A DNA stretch of 64,000 nucleotides from a bacterium. Lineage in GTDB: Bacteria > Patescibacteriota > Microgenomatia > Levybacterales > UBA12049. The DNA lies in NCBI GenBank assembly GCA_021780675.1, contig JAJXYH010000013.1:593-64592 (forward strand), given 5' to 3'. The notes under the pieces are model-generated. The model was not told where the DNA came from and did no database searches. It saw only the letters and a list, made by a program, of their open reading frames with translations. The number at the start of each line of letters is the position of its first letter. Position 1 is the first letter of the stretch. Below are positions 61,149-64,000 of this stretch, in pieces. Position numbers and translations under genes: made by a program.

Positions 61149-63560
61149 TTAACACTCGGAATATCCACAGGAGTAGCATTTCTTACATCCTTCTTCATAT
61201 GCAAGGCTTGCTGCACCACAATCAGGGCAGATATCATAAAGTCCTGTTGCAGTTCCTTCTGTTGTGGACAAACTTCCGGAATGAGATTGCAGCGTTAATT
61301 GCTCAAGTTTTACAATTTCCTCCTTTGGCTGAGCGTCTGCGGCTATTGGAGCGTGTGTTAAGGCAATATTAACATTGGTTGTTCCATTTGAATTTACAAT
61401 TCTGGGTTTATCTTCGACAACACCGTTTACTTTAAATTCGAAGTGTTTTGATAGAACCTTAGCAACTGCGTCGGGAAGAGATAATACTTTGTTTGCACCA
61501 AATCCTACAGACCTCGCACCACCAATACCAATTAGCTGCGCGACAATTTGCCTAATTCTTTCCCTTGGCGCCAAGCTTCCGTTAAGCCTTAAATTAAGAG
61601 AAATCATTCTACCCAAAGCGTCTGCCATTGCTGTGACATCCGAACCCGATTTACCAATTGTTATAAACACTTCAAAAGGCTCCTTATATTCGTTATGATT
61701 GATCGTTATGAATGTTTTACCAACCGGCGTTTCCGACTGATATGTGACGCCTTCAACCATCATTGGTCTTGGCATTACCGGAAGAGTTGTTTGCATTTGG
61801 AGTTTTTCTACTTCTTCTTTTTTATCGTCTGTCCTTGATAAAACTCCCTCTCTTGATCCGTCTCTCATGTAAGTTATTCCCTTAAGACCCATATCATGTG
61901 CCATTTCATATAGTTTCTTAACATCTTCTACTGTATGTCCCTTAGGCGCATTCACTGTTTTAGAAATAGACGAATCAATATATTCTTGGGCAACAGACTG
62001 TACTTTTACGTGTTCCTCGGGCGTTAGGTCGTTTGCGGAAACAAAGTATTCTGGTCTCTGTTTGCTTGGATTTTCGCTTCTCCACTGCTCAAAAAGCGGG
62101 TGATACATCTTATGTTCTCCCAGTCTATCCCTTCGTATAAATTCAAATTCATAAACCGGTTCTATTCCCGATGAAGCACCGGCCAAAAGCCCTGTTGAAC
62201 CGGTTGGCGCAATTGTTAAAAGTACCGCATTTCTTATTCCCTGTTTGGCAATCTTTTTTCTAATTTCCTCCGGAAGTCTTTTAATAAACCAGCCGTTTAG
62301 GTATTTTTCTTTATTAAATTTAGGGAAAGAACCTTTCTCGGCTGCAATATCGGATGAAGATATATAGGCATTATCTCTTAATGTTTTAAATATTTTTTCA
62401 ATTATTTTTAAGGATTCCTCAGAGCCATATTTTACTTCCATCTTTATTAATGCGTCTGCCAAACCCATGATTCCCAAACCTTGTCTTCTAATGTCTTTAG
62501 CTACTTTTTCATTTTCTTTTATAAAATAATGGGTATCATCAATTACATCATCTAAAAACCTGACTGCCGTTTGAACATCTTTACCCAAATTTACATAATC
62601 AAATTTTTTGTTCTTTACGTAAGCGGACAGGTTCATTGCTCCTAAATTACAAACCGCATAACCGGATAACGGCTGTTCTCCGCATGGATTTGTAGCGATT
62701 AACCTTTCAAAATACCAGGTATTAGAGCGTTTATTGCTTCTATCTAAGAAGTGAAGTCCTGGCTCTGCACTACGCCAAGCTGCCGTACAAATTAAATCCC
62801 AAAGTTGTTTTGCTTTAACGGTTTTTTTAACTTCTACCTTACCACCCAACTTCTTCCATTCTTCGATATCTCCTGTCCATTTTTTATCATATTTTTTATC
62901 CGCAAGGTCAGGATAAACCAAATCCCAATTTCCGTCCTTTTTAACAGCCTCCATAAAAGCATCGGATACGCAAACCGAAAGGTTTGCACCATTTAATTTA
63001 GTTAAATCTTGCTTGGTCGTTATAAATTCCTCTACGTCAGGATGCCAATCATGAAGCATAAGCATTAAAGCCCCCCTTCTTGACCCACCCTGCTGGACAA
63101 TATCAATTGTTGAGGTTGAATAAAGCTGTGCCCAATTAAGCGGACCGGATGAAAACCCGTTGACTTTTTTAACCCTTGATCCTCTTGGTCTTAAGGAAGA
63201 CAAATTAACCCCAACTCCGCCGCCATGAGCCATAATTTCAATCATTTGGGTTAAATTTTGCATTATTCCGCCTCTTGAATCCGGAGGATTAGGGATTACG
63301 AAACAATTATAGTAAGTTACATCAAATCCTGTTCCTGCACCTGCTAAAATTCTTCCTCCAGGTAAGAATTTAAAATCAGACATTACTTCAAAGAATTTTT
63401 TTTCCCATTTTTTGCGGTCTTTTGGTTTTTCTACATTGGCAATACCCTTAGCAACTCTTTTCCACATTTCCTCCGGGGTTTTTTCTAGTGGATTACCTTT
63501 GGCATCTTTTAACGAATACCTATCTAAAAATACTTTTTGTCTTACTCCATCTAATTTCAT
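61149..63560 (-). CDS. nrdJ: Class II (adenosylcobalamin-dependent) ribonucleotide reductase
   Basis: PGGRIL, NCFV, RRGA, TNPCGEQPL, CNLG, IAPTG, SISKTVN; C-terminal domain with CPDC..EGCKKC..CGYSEC. Confidence 0.95.
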   Translation of the reverse strand: MKLDGVRQKVFLDRYSLKDAKGNPLEKTPEEMWKRVAKGIANVEKPKDRKKWEKKFFEVMSDFKFLPGGRILAGAGTGFDVTYYNCFVIPNPPDSRGGIMQNLTQMIEIMAHGGGVGVNLSSLRPRGSRVKKVNGFSSGPLNWAQLYSTSTIDIVQQGGSRRGALMLMLHDWHPDVEEFITTKQDLTKLNGANLSVCVSDAFMEAVKKDGNWDLVYPDLADKKYDKKWTGDIEEWKKLGGKVEVKKTVKAKQLWDLICTAAWRSAEPGLHFLDRSNKRSNTWYFERLIATNPCGEQPLSGYAVCNLGAMNLSAYVKNKKFDYVNLGKDVQTAVRFLDDVIDDTHYFIKENEKVAKDIRRQGLGIMGLADALIKMEVKYGSEESLKIIEKIFKTLRDNAYISSSDIAAEKGSFPKFNKEKYLNGWFIKRLPEEIRKKIAKQGIRNAVLLTIAPTGSTGLLAGASSGIEPVYEFEFIRRDRLGEHKMYHPLFEQWRSENPSKQRPEYFVSANDLTPEEHVKVQSVAQEYIDSSISKTVNAPKGHTVEDVKKLYEMAHDMGLKGITYMRDGSREGVLSRTDDKKEEVEKLQMQTTLPVMPRPMMVEGVTYQSETPVGKTFITINHNEYKEPFEVFITIGKSGSDVTAMADALGRMISLNLRLNGSLAPRERIRQIVAQLIGIGGARSVGFGANKVLSLPDAVAKVLSKHFEFKVNGVVEDKPRIVNSNGTTNVNIALTHAPIAADAQPKEEIVKLEQLTLQSHSGSLSTTEGTATGLYDICPDCGAASLAYEEGCKKCYSCGYSEC

Positions 63561-63565
63561 AATAT

Positions 63566-64000
63566 TTATTTAATTAACCTTTTTACCTCTTTTTCGAAAT
63601 CCTCAATATCTACAAACCTTTTAAATACACTACTAAACCTTATGTATGCCACCTTGTCCTTCGTTTTTAGTCTGGCCGAAACTAATTGCCCAATTTTTTT
63701 ACTTTCAACCTCAACCGAATCTGCGCCCCTTAACTCTCTTTCTATTTCCGTTACTATCTTTTCAATGTCTTCAAGAGATACTGTTGTCTTTTCGCAGGAT
63801 CTTATAATTCCCGCTTTTAATTTGTCCCTGTCAAATTGCTCTCTCTTACCGTCCTTTTTTATTACTATTAAGTTAACGTTCTCTATTCTTTCGTATGTCG
63901 TAAACCTTTTATTACACTTTAAACATTCTCGTCTTCTTCTTATTGTCTCTAGGTCTTCGCTATCTCTGGTTTCTACGACCTCCGAGTCTTTATTACCGCA
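63566..64000 (-). CDS. nrdR: Transcriptional repressor NrdR (5' truncated by window edge)
   Basis: Translated by hand: CGNKDSEVVETRD..IRRRRECLKCNKRFTTYE..VAYIRFSSVFKRF..; stop TAA at 63566-63568. Not in the ORF track. Confidence 0.95.
   Translation of the reverse strand, partial: CGNKDSEVVETRDSEDLETIRRRRECLKCNKRFTTYERIENVNLIVIKKDGKREQFDRDKLKAGIIRSCEKTTVSLEDIEKIVTEIERELRGADSVEVESKKIGQLVSARLKTKDKVAYIRFSSVFKRFVDIEDFEKEVKRLIK

Noticed and set aside
61149-63560. Intein or intron in nrdJ
   Set aside because: Motifs are contiguous and the length is normal; no splice motifs or homing endonuclease

Overview
An AT-rich, very densely packed bacterial chromosome segment of about 60 genes, mostly core functions. 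I found no prophage, IS element, CRISPR array or rRNA. The gene repertoire and style point by inference to a Patescibacteria/CPR genome, probably Microgenomates-like: shortened TpiA, PcrA and LepA, a stand-alone 5'-3' exonuclease, PilN/PilO, a VirD4-like ATPase, many GT-C membrane proteins and acidic orphan proteins. Recognisable genes include metG, metK, tatD, groES/EL, lepA, murJ, rpsT, tpiA, pcrA, sodN/sodX, msrA, ftsH, trpR-trpS, tgt, murD, murI, a Xer recombinase and nrdR-nrdJ-pduO. Non-coding features read directly from the DNA are three tRNAs (two CAU, one strongly non-canonical, plus a rare tRNA-Ile(UAU)), a SAM-I/IV riboswitch before metK, a minimal cobalamin riboswitch, a TrpR operator, a degenerate CIRCE and a dif-like site. 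The best leads for something new are four. (1) An exported protein ending in an ATP-synthase subunit-c-like hairpin that keeps the RNP loop but lacks the ion-binding Glu (43657-44469). (2) A B12 riboswitch with a complete terminator/antiterminator controlling an uncharacterised zinc-ribbon protein behind nrdJ-pduO. (3) Pervasive leaderless-type promoters together with an aberrant initiator-like tRNA. (4) A dif-like site overlapping the promoter of the xer gene. All calls are by eye, without database searches.
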